NCBI GenBank assembly: GCA_016649835.1
Contig: JAENWX010000002.1
Span: 1 to 41,801 of the forward strand
Origin: Minisyncoccota bacterium
GTDB taxonomy: Bacteria > Patescibacteriota > Minisyncoccia > Phycocordibacterales > UBA9973
DNA length: 41,801 nt
Reading direction: 5' to 3'
Part shown: piece after piece, positions 30,869-40,224 of the stretch
Position numbering within the stretch: the first letter of the stretch is position 1
How the letters are laid out: every line of letters begins with the position of its first letter
Notes under the pieces: generated by a model
What the model was told of the DNA's origin: nothing
The model's input: only the letters and a program-made list of their open reading frames with translations
The model's database searches: none
Program-made: the position numbers and the translations under genes

Positions 30869-32815
30869 TTATAAATAAACTATTTTTTCTCCCCCGGAAC
30901 CTTGTGCATGTTCGAAGATAGTTAAGTGAGCTGGAATATCATAAATAAATTCACTTGGTTGGTTTACTTGTTTCATACCATATATAGTACGCAAAGTTGC
31001 ATAAGATAAAAATAATTTTTCTCTTGCTCGAGTTATTGCAACATAAAACAACCTACGCTCTTCTTCTGTGTCTTCTTTTTTCTTCATTCTGTCTTTAATA
31101 TGAGGGAATAAATCTTGTTCTAGCCCTGTAATAAAAACATATTTAAATTCAAGGCCTTTTGAGGCATGGACGGTCATTAGTCTCACACCTTTACCTTTTT
31201 CGTGCATAAGGGTATCCTGGTCGCTCGACAAGGAAGCGTCCTCCAAAAGCTTTTCTATTCCAACGCCGTCGGGCATGTTGTCGTATTTAATAGCTAGAGT
31301 TACTAACTCCATCATGTTTTCCAATCGCTCCTGCTCGTCGCTTGTGCCGTGAGAAAGTTCGTCTTTCATCCCACTTTTTTCTATTACGTATTTAATAGAT
31401 TCAGACGGTTTATGTGTTTCTATATATGCATGAATATCTTCAATTATTTTGAAAAAATTATTTATTTTTTCTTGAGTACCTCGAGGTAATTCATTTTGTT
31501 GATTTGCAAAAAGTTTAGCTATTGTAACTTTTCCTATTCCACGAACAGGTATATTTATAATTCTTTTAATGTCAGAGAGGCTGTCTCTGTTGAAAGAAAG
31601 TCGAATATAAGAAAGAATATCTTTAATTTCTTTACGTTCAAAAAACTTAACACCAAGAACTTGATAAGGGATTTGGTTATCGAGCAACGCCTCCTCTATA
31701 ATTCTGGACTGAAAGTTGGCACGATAAAGAATCGCGATATCTTCGGGCTCATTTGTTTTTAATAATTCATCTATAGTTCTGGCAACATATATTGCCTCAC
31801 CTTTCTCATCAAATGCTTCACAAATATTTATTTCCTCCCCATTCACATTTTCTGTAAATAAAATTTTAGGAACTCGATATTGGTTTTTTTCAATAATACT
31901 ATTTGCGGCTTCAATAATATTTTTAGTTGAGCGATAGTTTTGTTCTAACAAAATAATTTTTGCTCTTGGATAATCTTTTTCAAAATGAAGCATGTTTTTT
32001 ATATTTGCTCCACGCCAACTATAAATATTTTGGTCTGTGTCACCAACAACGCAAATATTTTCGGACTCTCCAACTAAAAGTTTTGTCATTTCATACTGAA
32101 CTTCATTTGTGTCTTGATATTCATCAATGTGAATATATTTCCATCTTTCTTGGTATCTCTTTTTTACTTCCGGATATTTTTTCAAAATTAAAACAGTTTC
32201 AAGAAGCAGGTCATCAAAGTCTAGAGACTTTTCTTTCTTTAGCTGAGCTTCATAGTCTCTCCATATCACAGCTACAATACTACCTATTGCACTGTTAACG
32301 TTGGCACTAAAAGTATCCACAGTTATAAAGTCACCTTTTGATTTTGAAATGATTGATTTAATCTTTCTAGGCTCGTGCAGTTTTGGGTCTATGTCACGCA
32401 ACTTCATTATGCTTTTTATAATACTCAAAGCACCGGCTTCGTCCATAATAGTGAAGTATTTGTTTAGGCCAATCAGGTGAGAATTTTCTTTTATGACATG
32501 AACCCCTAGAGAGTGAAAAGTAGAGACAAAAGGGACATTTTCCATGTTACCAAAGTGGTCTCTTTTAGTATCATTGCCGTGAATCGTTTCATTTAGCATT
32601 GCCATAATACGGTCTCGCATTTCTTGAGAGGCCTTGTTTGTAAAAGTGACAGCTAGGATGGAACTTGGGTTCACTCCGCTATGGATGAGATGTATTATTC
32701 GGTGGGTTATGGTTTTTGTCTTACCAGCCCCTGCGCCAGCTACTATTAAAAGAGGTCCTTCTAGGTACAAGACCGCCTCTTTTTGTTTTTCATTTAAAGA
32801 ATCAATATATTGCAT
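30869..32815 (-). CDS. pcrA: ATP-dependent DNA helicase PcrA/UvrD (SF1)
   Basis: AGAGAGKTKT, DEYQDTN, QNYRST, VHASKGLEF, VAITRA motifs. Confidence 0.93.
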   Translation of the reverse strand: MQYIDSLNEKQKEAVLYLEGPLLIVAGAGAGKTKTITHRIIHLIHSGVNPSSILAVTFTNKASQEMRDRIMAMLNETIHGNDTKRDHFGNMENVPFVSTFHSLGVHVIKENSHLIGLNKYFTIMDEAGALSIIKSIMKLRDIDPKLHEPRKIKSIISKSKGDFITVDTFSANVNSAIGSIVAVIWRDYEAQLKKEKSLDFDDLLLETVLILKKYPEVKKRYQERWKYIHIDEYQDTNEVQYEMTKLLVGESENICVVGDTDQNIYSWRGANIKNMLHFEKDYPRAKIILLEQNYRSTKNIIEAANSIIEKNQYRVPKILFTENVNGEEINICEAFDEKGEAIYVARTIDELLKTNEPEDIAILYRANFQSRIIEEALLDNQIPYQVLGVKFFERKEIKDILSYIRLSFNRDSLSDIKRIINIPVRGIGKVTIAKLFANQQNELPRGTQEKINNFFKIIEDIHAYIETHKPSESIKYVIEKSGMKDELSHGTSDEQERLENMMELVTLAIKYDNMPDGVGIEKLLEDASLSSDQDTLMHEKGKGVRLMTVHASKGLEFKYVFITGLEQDLFPHIKDRMKKKEDTEEERRLFYVAITRAREKLFLSYATLRTIYGMKQVNQPSEFIYDIPAHLTIFEHAQGSGGEKIVYL

Positions 32816-32822
32816 GACTTGT

Positions 32823-32831
32823 ATTGTAGCA
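32823..32831 (-). promoter_or_regulatory. Extended -10 box TGCTACAAT, 7 nt upstream of the pcrA ATG
   Basis: Gene-sense ATGCTACAAT-ACAAGTC-ATG. Confidence 0.6.
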
Positions 32832-33182
32832 TTTTATAAATATTTTTAAATTTTTTGCTATTTTGGCTAAATATTTGATGTGTGTCCTAATTTTTTACCT
32901 GTGGATTACTTTGTTGACTATGGTACCCATCTGGGCTACCCTTATATATGTAGGACCTTAGAGATAGGGTTTATGCAGCGGAAAGTCCATAAAAGCTTTA
33001 TTTTATAAGCTTTTCAGAAATGATTGTAACAATTGTGTTAACTTTACTTACAATTACAGCTCTCGCTAAAGGCGGTCGCACTGTGATTCCTAATGTAGGG
33101 GTAAGATAACATAATTACTTAATTTAGGCTTATTCAACTAAAAACAAAAGATTCAAAAGACAGTCCCCAAAGAGGATATCTT

Positions 33183-34301
33183 ATGATGAAAATATCGTTA
33201 TTTTACAAGCCTTCTATTATAAAGGTTTGTTCTGTTTTATTGATGACATCTTTTATTGCGGGGAATCCATTAATAGCCGATGCTAACTGGATTACAGATT
33301 TTTTTACTGGAGGAAAGGTTCAGGCTAGTGACGAAGGTATCATAGAGGTTAGCAGTATTGCTTTTAACTCACAAAATATAGATCTTTTTAATTCTGAATC
33401 AGCTGTAAACCCTGACCGTAAAAATAGCAGTGAAGCAAGTGACATGTTGATAGTTCAAGATGACTCATTTATTTATACGGAAAGTCTTTTTGTTCCAGAT
33501 GCTAAATTTGAAAAGAGTTCAATATCTGAACAGATAAGTGTTTATACTGTCGAAAAAAACGACACCCTTTCAGAAATAGCAGAAAAATTTAATATTTCTA
33601 CAAATACTATTCGTTGGGAAAATAATATTTCAGGTCAAACAATAAAAGAAGGACAAAAGCTTAATATTCTTCCTGTTACTGGTGTAAAACACATAGTTAA
33701 AAGTGGAGATACTTTAGGTAAAATAGTAGATAAATACGACGCAGAAATGGAAGACGTAGAAATCTTTAATGGTATTTTAAAAGGAGATGCACTTAAACCT
33801 GGTGATATAATTTTCGTTCCTAACGGTATTATTAAGCCAGTTGTAGTTGTAAGCACAAAAACATCTGTTTCAAGTAAAACAGCAACAGTAGCATCAAACA
33901 CAAAAGTTCAATCAGGATATTATATAAGACCAACGACGGGAATAGTGACTTCTCCTTATGGTCCAAGACGCGGAGGATTTCATTATGGAGTAGATATAGG
34001 AAACAAGAGAGGGACACCAATAGTTGCAGCTGCCTCGGGTATAGTTGTTAAAGTTATAAGTGGTTGTGTAGAAGGAAATTCAAGATGCGGTGGAGGCTAT
34101 GGGAATTATATTGAAATACAGCATTCAAATGGGACAAAGACTACTTATGCTCACTTGGGTAAAGTTTCTGTAAAATATGGTCAAACAGTTTCTGTTGGAG
34201 GGCAGATTGGTACAATTGGTAATACGGGTAGATCTACTGGTCCACACCTTCACTTTGAAATAGAAAATATAAACGGTTCAAAAATGAGACCTTCGTTTTA
34301 G
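33183..34301 (+). CDS. Secreted LysM-LysM-M23 peptidoglycan endopeptidase
   Basis: Signal peptide; two LysM repeats (YTVEKNDTLSEIAEKF..., HIVKSGDTLGKIVDKY...); M23 motifs HYGVDI and GPHLHFEI; preceded by AGAGGA-6 nt-ATG. Confidence 0.92.
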   Translation: MMKISLFYKPSIIKVCSVLLMTSFIAGNPLIADANWITDFFTGGKVQASDEGIIEVSSIAFNSQNIDLFNSESAVNPDRKNSSEASDMLIVQDDSFIYTESLFVPDAKFEKSSISEQISVYTVEKNDTLSEIAEKFNISTNTIRWENNISGQTIKEGQKLNILPVTGVKHIVKSGDTLGKIVDKYDAEMEDVEIFNGILKGDALKPGDIIFVPNGIIKPVVVVSTKTSVSSKTATVASNTKVQSGYYIRPTTGIVTSPYGPRRGGFHYGVDIGNKRGTPIVAAASGIVVKVISGCVEGNSRCGGGYGNYIEIQHSNGTKTTYAHLGKVSVKYGQTVSVGGQIGTIGNTGRSTGPHLHFEIENINGSKMRPSF

Positions 34302-34302
34302 A

Positions 34303-34337
34303 TAATTACTAATTACCAATTAATAATTACTAATTTA
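34303..34337 (+). repeat. Heptamer array TAATTAC TAATTAC CAATTAA TAATTAC TAATTTA directly after the stop codon
   Basis: Read directly. Confidence 0.75.
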
Positions 34338-34347
34338 AAAATACAAA

Positions 34348-34381
34348 TAAATCCCCCGAAGCGAAGCTTCGGGGGATTTTA
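34348..34381. terminator. Bidirectional intrinsic terminator
   Basis: AAA-TCCCCCGAAGC-GAA-GCTTCGGGGGA-TTTT. Confidence 0.85.
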
Positions 34382-34445
34382 ATTAGAGCTATCTGTTTAA
34401 ATTTCAGACTTTTTTAAATGCAGATATCAATTTTAATTGGTGTGC

Positions 34446-34480
34446 GTAATTTAATTAGTAATTGGTAATCAGTAATTATT
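34446..34480 (-). repeat. Heptamer array (AATTAGT AATTGGT AATCAGT AATTATT) overlapping the comM stop
   Basis: Read directly. Confidence 0.7.
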
Positions 34481-36050
34481 AATTCATCTCCCTCGGTCTA
34501 TATTGCAGCGCCTCCAATATGTGATTTGAGGAAATATTTTCAATACCTTCTAAGTCGCAAATAGTTCTAGCTAGCTTAATAGTACGATGATATGCACGAG
34601 CAGAAAGCTGTAATCTCTCCGCACTCGTATTTAATAATTTTTTTGTTTCATCACTAAGTGGCGCATAAATATTTAATTCTTTCACATTTATTTCACTGTT
34701 GGTATTTATTTTTCTTGTAGAATTTTTAAATCTTTTTGTTTGAATTTCTCGAGCATTTTTTACTCGTGTTTTTATATTGATTGTTTTATCTCCTTCTTGT
34801 GTATCATCTGATAATTTTTCATAATCAACATTTCCAACTGTAACCCAAATATCAATACGGTCCATTATGGGTCCAGATAATTTTCTTTTATATCTATCTA
34901 GGTCACTTGGTTTACAAATGCATTGTTTTTGTTTGTTACCTTTATTTCCACAAGGGCATGGATTCATTGCTGCTACTAAAATAAAATTTGATGGAAAAAT
35001 AGCGGAACCTTTTGCTCTTGATATTGAAATTATATTATCTTCAAGAGGTTGTCTTAGTGATTCTAAAACTCGTTTTTCAAATTCTGGAAATTCATCTAAA
35101 AATAGTACACCCTTGTGAGCAAGTGTAACTTCTCCTGGTTTTGGGTTTACTCCACCACCTATCATAGAGACATAACTTGCTGTATGGTGTGGCGCACGAA
35201 AAGGAGATTCTGTTATTAGTGCATCGTCTAGTAGCCCCACAACAGAGTGAATACCTGTAATTTCTAAACAATCATCCTTGCTTAAGTTTGGAAGTATTTG
35301 AGAAAACACTCGAGCAAGCATTGTTTTACCTGTGCCAGGAGGGCCAGACATAGCTATGTTGTGCCCACCTGCAGCAGCTATTTCAAGCCCACGCTTAGCA
35401 CCTTCTCGACCTTTGATATCAGAAAAATCAATACCACCAGTTTTTTCTTCATGGCTAATTTCAGTAGTTGGAACTGGTGTTAGCTTCGGTCTTTCTTTTT
35501 CTAGTGGTTTATTGTTTTTATCTTTCTTTATAATATAAATATGGTCTATTACTTCTTTCAAATTTTTTACACCATAAACTTTTATATCTTCTACTAGCGC
35601 CGCCTCTTTTGCGTTTTCAAATGGTAAATATATTTCTTTATAGCCAAGTTTCTTTGCCATTTCGGTTAGAGGTAGAGCGCCTTTAATAGGACGAAGCTCT
35701 CCGTTGAGAGACAGTTCTCCTAGAAAAATTCTACCATCTGGATTAAAATTTATTTCTTCTGCTGAAAGTAGATACGCAAGTGCGATGGCTAAGTCAAAAT
35801 ACGGACCCTCTTTTTTTATATCTGCAGGAGAAAGAGATATTACTATTTTTTGGTTTTGATTTTTAGGTGATTTAAATCCAGAATTTTTTAAAGCAGAACT
35901 CATTCGGTCTTTTGATTCGCCCACAGCTTTATCCGGGAGTCCAACCAGGGTAAAAGAATGCAAAGTTTTCTTTGTGATGTCTACTTCGACTGCAACGACC
36001 TTACCTTTAAGTAAATGAGTTTGAGCTGAATAAATTCTTGAGAATGACAT
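34479..36050 (-). CDS. comM: YifB/ComM-family Mg-chelatase-like AAA+ ATPase
   Basis: Lon-like N-domain, GPPGTGKTM, VLFLDEFPEF, CPCG zinc motif. Confidence 0.9.
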   Translation of the reverse strand: MSFSRIYSAQTHLLKGKVVAVEVDITKKTLHSFTLVGLPDKAVGESKDRMSSALKNSGFKSPKNQNQKIVISLSPADIKKEGPYFDLAIALAYLLSAEEINFNPDGRIFLGELSLNGELRPIKGALPLTEMAKKLGYKEIYLPFENAKEAALVEDIKVYGVKNLKEVIDHIYIIKKDKNNKPLEKERPKLTPVPTTEISHEEKTGGIDFSDIKGREGAKRGLEIAAAGGHNIAMSGPPGTGKTMLARVFSQILPNLSKDDCLEITGIHSVVGLLDDALITESPFRAPHHTASYVSMIGGGVNPKPGEVTLAHKGVLFLDEFPEFEKRVLESLRQPLEDNIISISRAKGSAIFPSNFILVAAMNPCPCGNKGNKQKQCICKPSDLDRYKRKLSGPIMDRIDIWVTVGNVDYEKLSDDTQEGDKTINIKTRVKNAREIQTKRFKNSTRKINTNSEINVKELNIYAPLSDETKKLLNTSAERLQLSARAYHRTIKLARTICDLEGIENISSNHILEALQYRPREMN

Positions 36051-36054
36051 ATAA

Positions 36055-36090
36055 ATAAAAAAACTCCGAAATATATATTTCGGAATTTTT
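36055..36090 (-). terminator. Intrinsic terminator after the dksA-like gene
   Basis: Stem TCCGAAATA/TATTTCGGA flanked by A and T runs. Confidence 0.75.
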
Positions 36091-36096
36091 ATGCTA

Positions 36097-36459
36097 TTAA
36101 AAAATCTTTTCCATACAGTCTTTACAAGTAAGTGCTGCTGGGTTAGCTTCTAATCTATCTTCTTCAATTTTTTTGTTACACTTTTCACAAATTCCATAAC
36201 CTTCCCCGTCTATTTTTACTAAGGCTTTGTTGATGTCGCCTAGTCTTGTTTCTAGTGAATTTAATTTAATAGAACGTTCTTCGTAGTCAGCATTTCTTTC
36301 TGCCATATCAGCTTCATCTTGAACTTCTTGAGTATTCATTTCAGACTCTGGGACTGCTTCCCAATCACCTGTTTCGTCTACTTTACCAAGAGAACCCAAC
36401 TCCTCTTTTAGTAGTTTTTTTTCTTCTTCTAATTTTGTTTTATAAAAATTTAAATTCAT
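36097..36459 (-). CDS. DksA/TraR-family C4 zinc-finger protein
   Basis: Coiled-coil N-terminal part plus CEKCNKKIEEDRLEANPAALTCKDC. Confidence 0.8.
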   Translation of the reverse strand: MNLNFYKTKLEEEKKLLKEELGSLGKVDETGDWEAVPESEMNTQEVQDEADMAERNADYEERSIKLNSLETRLGDINKALVKIDGEGYGICEKCNKKIEEDRLEANPAALTCKDCMEKIF

Positions 36460-36576
36460 CCCGTTAGAAGCAGGTCGCGGTCAGTTTAAAACTAACTTTA
36501 ATCTACTTATGTTAAATTAATTAATATTTTTCTTTTATATTCCCATTATTTACTGCGACCGCGGCTTCTAACGGGA
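36459..36576 (-). repeat. Family A variant copy (same termini, unrelated interior)
   Basis: Gene-sense TCCCGTTAGAAGCCGCGGTCGCAG...CTGACCGCGACCTGCTTCTAACGGGA+TG; AT-rich interior has no similarity to canonical copies. Confidence 0.8.
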
Positions 36577-36580
36577 TTCA

Positions 36581-36699
36581 TCCCGTTAGAGATAGTTCCC
36601 CAAAGGTGGAACGTATCTTATTAATTATTGTTAATAATATCTACTTTATTAAAACTTTAAATTCCTGTTAGAAAAATAACATACATATCTCTAACGGGA
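36581..36699 (-). repeat. Family A cassette copy (canonical; second unit of the tandem array)
   Basis: Aligns over its full length with the other canonical copies; hairpin GTTCC/GGAAC at 36595-36612; flanked on both sides by TTCA (gene-sense TGAA). Confidence 0.9.
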
Positions 36700-36703
36700 T
36701 TCA

Positions 36704-36760
36704 TTTGGTTATAGATAGTCCGTATTTACACGGAACAAATCTGATTATTTTTAATGCAAT
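36704..36760 (-). repeat. Degenerate partial family A copy (ATG-proximal half only)
   Basis: TTTGGTTATAGATAG-TCCGTATTTACACGGAAC-AAATCTGATTATTTTTAAT aligns with TCCCGTTAGAGATAG-hairpin-GTATCTTATTAATTATTGTTAAT. Confidence 0.6.
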
Positions 36761-36862
36761 TACGCTACCCAATACTACGAGATTTACATATAAATCTATT
36801 TAGCTATTTATATATTAACAATTAATATAATAAATAACAATAATTAACAATAATTAACCAAG

Positions 36863-37744
36863 CTAAACATTCTTTATTAGCAAACGAGATATTACCTCTT
36901 TGAGTGTTTCAATGTTGCTTGTAATTACAAAATTATTTTTATTAACAAAAACATAGTAAAGCAAATCCTCTCCGTTTAGTCCATACAGCACTCTGGCGTC
37001 TTTGTTGTTTACAACAATATCACTCCACTTCTTCTCTAGGAGACTATAGTTTGATTCTGTAATATTTATACCAAATAAAACATTTAAATCTTTCAGCAGA
37101 TTGCCTTCCCAGTCGAGCATAGATGCATAGGCTTGGTTGTAGTCTGTTGTTTGAAAAATTAAAAAAACAGTAGAACCATCACCTCCACTTAAAATATTTT
37201 TATTTGAATATTTTCCTAAGAGATATTTATCAGACAGTGACCGAGTTAAAGCACCTGGCACACTTGCTCCTGTTAACGTTAGAAAGTTTTTTGAGGTTAT
37301 TATTTGAGATACCTCCAAATTTTTTGTTGCTAGAAATAGAGCTTTTATTAAACCGGGTGCCACTGGAGGAACATTTTGAACTATTGTGGATAGGTCGTTA
37401 ATATTTTTAACCGAGCTTGCATCAATATTTGAATATGAATCATAAGTAATAAAAGTATCTATTTCTTTTGTTATCACAGGAGCTTGGGTCTCATTTCTTT
37501 TTTGAATCAAAAAATACGAGCCAAAAATTGCAGCTGCTATTAACAAAACACCTCCAATAATCAAAAAAGTTTTTGAAGTGTTTGTTCCTTCTGCTTCTTT
37601 ATATAACTGTTCTTGCTCTCGCTTTTCTTTTTCTGCTAGGGCAATTTTAATAACCGACATCTCGTTGGTTCGAATAGCATCAGCCATATCGGAAGTATAT
37701 GTTCTAAGAACTTTATTATTTGGTTGTTTTTTATTTTCTTCCAT
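36863..37744 (-). CDS. Membrane-anchored hypothetical protein
   Basis: 293 aa; cytoplasmic N-terminus, one TM (FLIIGGVLLIAAAIFGSYFLI), extracytoplasmic domain; no named family recognised. Confidence 0.6.
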   Translation of the reverse strand: MEENKKQPNNKVLRTYTSDMADAIRTNEMSVIKIALAEKEKREQEQLYKEAEGTNTSKTFLIIGGVLLIAAAIFGSYFLIQKRNETQAPVITKEIDTFITYDSYSNIDASSVKNINDLSTIVQNVPPVAPGLIKALFLATKNLEVSQIITSKNFLTLTGASVPGALTRSLSDKYLLGKYSNKNILSGGDGSTVFLIFQTTDYNQAYASMLDWEGNLLKDLNVLFGINITESNYSLLEKKWSDIVVNNKDARVLYGLNGEDLLYYVFVNKNNFVITSNIETLKEVISRLLIKNV

Positions 37745-37812
37745 TAGATAAGAGATAGCCTGTTTTTAATTAGAAACAAAAATTTAAATTGTCGTCTTCT
37801 TAAATTATAGCA
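37745..37812 (-). promoter_or_regulatory. Diverged family A-like leader: TGCTATAAT box, hairpin, CTATCTCTTATCTA, then ATG
   Basis: Extended -10 at 37804-37812; hairpin TGTTT-N7-AAACA at 37761-37778; TATCTCT motif at 37745-37758. Confidence 0.5.
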
Positions 37813-37900
37813 CACACAACTATGTCGAGAGTCTGGTTCAATGTTGAAAACTATATTTTTGCAATATCTTTAATTTTTAATTTATGCCCACTGTATAAAT

Positions 37901-40039
37901 TTACGCCTTAGCAGAATCTTCTTTTTTAAAGAAATTTTCATTGGCTGCTTTTATGGACAAATTTAGGCGTCCTCTTTCATCCACTTTAATAACTTTTACA
38001 GGAACAATTGCTCCTTCTTTTAAAATATCAGAAACTTTTTCAACACGGAAAGGTGCTATCTCTGAGATGTGAACTAGTCCTTCTGCGTCGGGTCCTATTT
38101 TTACAAATGCACCAATTTCTATAATTTTTACAACTTCACCCTGTGCGGTATCGCCTACTTTATATTCATGAGTCATGCTCTCTATTATTTCAACAGCTTT
38201 TTCTGCGCCACCATTTTTGCCTGTTACAAAGACAGTACCATCTTCTTCTATGGTAATATCAGTACCAGTTTTTTCACGAATAGCATTAATATTTTTTCCT
38301 CCTGGTCCAATTATCAAACCTATTTGATCCTTCTTAATTTTAATAGTTAGAATCATAGGAGCCTTTGGTGATATTTTTAGACGCGGTGTTGCTATTTCTG
38401 CGGTTATTGCTTCAAGTATTTTTAGACGTGCAACACGAGCGCGAGTAAGAGCTTCTTTTAATATTGAGATTTGAACTCCAGCAACTTTAACGTCTAGTTG
38501 AATAGCAGTGATTCCATTTTTTGTTCCAGCCACTTTGAAGTCCATATCACCGTAGTGGTCTTCTGGTCCTTGGATGTCCGATAGAAGTACATATTTGTTG
38601 GTGTCCTTTTCATCTGACATTAGTCCGATAGAAATACCTGCAACTGGAGTGGTAATTGGAACTCCTCCGTCCATAAGAGCGATAGTTGCGGCACATATTG
38701 AAGCCTGAGATGTGGAACCATTTGATGCTGTTGATTCAGATACAACACGAATAGTATATGGGAAGATAGATTTTTCTGGAATAACTGGAGTTAAAGCTTT
38801 TTCTGCTAAAAATCCATGACCCATTTCTCTTCTATTTATTCCACCAACTCTTCCTGTTTCACCGCCAGAGTATGGAGGGAAATTGTAGTGATGCATAAAA
38901 CGTTTTTTTGATTCTGATTCCATTCCTTGAACAGACAACATGTCTTCAGGTCCACCAAGAGCAAGAACGGATAGAACGTGTGTTTCACCACGATAAAAAA
39001 TACCGGAACCATGTAACACGTCAGAGATACCGCCAGCTTTTGCATAAAGCGCACGAATTTCATCTACAGCTCTTCCGTCTGCACGAATTCCTTGTAGAAG
39101 TGCCATCTTGTGAAATGCACCATCAAGATAATGATGAAGATAGTCTTCGGCAACATCTTTTTCTTTACTATCATCTTGGTCTTTATATTTTTCATCTAAG
39201 ATTTCACCCCACAAACTCTCCGCTTCACGTGTAACCTTTTTACTTTCTTTACTAAAAAGTTTTTCTTCTAGCATAGGTCTTACTTTTTCATTAAATATAG
39301 ATATTACATCTGCATCCATTTCTGTTTTTGGAAATAAAAGTTTTTCCTTACCAAATTCACTTCTGATTTTATTTTGAAAGTCTTCCCATTTTGAAATTTC
39401 AACGGAAGCTATATCAAAAGACTTACCCATTTCTTCTTCAGACAATTCAAAGGACATTGCTTCTATCATGTTAATAGTTTTGTCCTTTCCACAAACGAGC
39501 AAGTCTAGTTCGTAAACAGCTTCATCTGCACTGGGAATATAGTTGTTTACTTTTATTGTTTGGTCTTCTTTTGTCTTACTCATTTGGATAGCACCAATAG
39601 GTCCATTCCAAGGAATATCTGACATATGGAGAGCTATTGAGACAGCGTTAATACCAAGAGTTTTTGGGTCTGTTTCACCAACTGCAATAACAGTCACAAT
39701 AACTTGGACAGCATTTTTTATGTGTTGGTCAAAAAGAGGACGAATAGTACGGTCTATCATACGAGCAGCAAGTATTGACTGATCGCTTGGTCTGCCTTCT
39801 CTTTTGTTATATTGGCCACCCAATATTTTTCCTGCAGCATAAAACTTTTCTAGATACTCAACAGTTAGATTAAAGTATCCCATGTTCTTACTTCCATCTT
39901 TTGAAATGACCGCTGTTGCCATAACTACAGTTCCTTCACTTTTTAAAATAACAGAACCATTTGCTTGGTCAGCTAAATCACTAAACATAGCGATAATTAT
40001 TTTACCACCAATTTCTACTTCATATTCTTTGCTTTTCAT
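37901..40039 (-). CDS. pnp: Polyribonucleotide nucleotidyltransferase (PNPase)
   Basis: Two RNase PH-like domains, KH (GPGGKNI) and S1 (GEVVKIIEIGAFVKI) domains; 712 aa. Confidence 0.95.
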   Translation of the reverse strand: MKSKEYEVEIGGKIIIAMFSDLADQANGSVILKSEGTVVMATAVISKDGSKNMGYFNLTVEYLEKFYAAGKILGGQYNKREGRPSDQSILAARMIDRTIRPLFDQHIKNAVQVIVTVIAVGETDPKTLGINAVSIALHMSDIPWNGPIGAIQMSKTKEDQTIKVNNYIPSADEAVYELDLLVCGKDKTINMIEAMSFELSEEEMGKSFDIASVEISKWEDFQNKIRSEFGKEKLLFPKTEMDADVISIFNEKVRPMLEEKLFSKESKKVTREAESLWGEILDEKYKDQDDSKEKDVAEDYLHHYLDGAFHKMALLQGIRADGRAVDEIRALYAKAGGISDVLHGSGIFYRGETHVLSVLALGGPEDMLSVQGMESESKKRFMHHYNFPPYSGGETGRVGGINRREMGHGFLAEKALTPVIPEKSIFPYTIRVVSESTASNGSTSQASICAATIALMDGGVPITTPVAGISIGLMSDEKDTNKYVLLSDIQGPEDHYGDMDFKVAGTKNGITAIQLDVKVAGVQISILKEALTRARVARLKILEAITAEIATPRLKISPKAPMILTIKIKKDQIGLIIGPGGKNINAIREKTGTDITIEEDGTVFVTGKNGGAEKAVEIIESMTHEYKVGDTAQGEVVKIIEIGAFVKIGPDAEGLVHISEIAPFRVEKVSDILKEGAIVPVKVIKVDERGRLNLSIKAANENFFKKEDSAKA

Positions 40040-40170
40040 TTTATTTATAGCTACTCTTCAGACCCTAGTATTGAAATCCACAAAATATATGGCTTCAAAT
40101 CTAACCGTCCAAAGACTAACCAGGTTACTTATTAATACTTATATTTATAACACAGATTGGGTAAAATACA

Positions 40171-40203
40171 AAAAACCCACAATATATATTATGTGGGTTT
40201 GTT
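40171..40203 (-). terminator. Intrinsic terminator
   Basis: Stem ACCCACA/TGTGGGT with a T-run in gene sense. Confidence 0.7.
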
Positions 40204-40224
40204 AAGATAAAAAATATTTTTATT

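Noticed and set aside
32968-32990. RNase P RNA, called from the GCGGAAAGTCC match to the CR-I motif
   Set aside because: A 9-mer match is not rare by chance in 2 x 42 kb. I could not find the CR-II to CR-V motifs or the P4 partner strand, and the available non-coding space is short. Kept only as part of a low-confidence structured-RNA finding.
33020-33109. 29-aa hydrophobic ORF (MIVTIVLTLLTITALAKGGRTVIPNVGVR) in the pcrA/M23 spacer
   Set aside because: It has no SD and no leaderless-type -10 at the right distance. T-rich sequence easily yields hydrophobic mini-ORFs. It cannot be supported from sequence alone.
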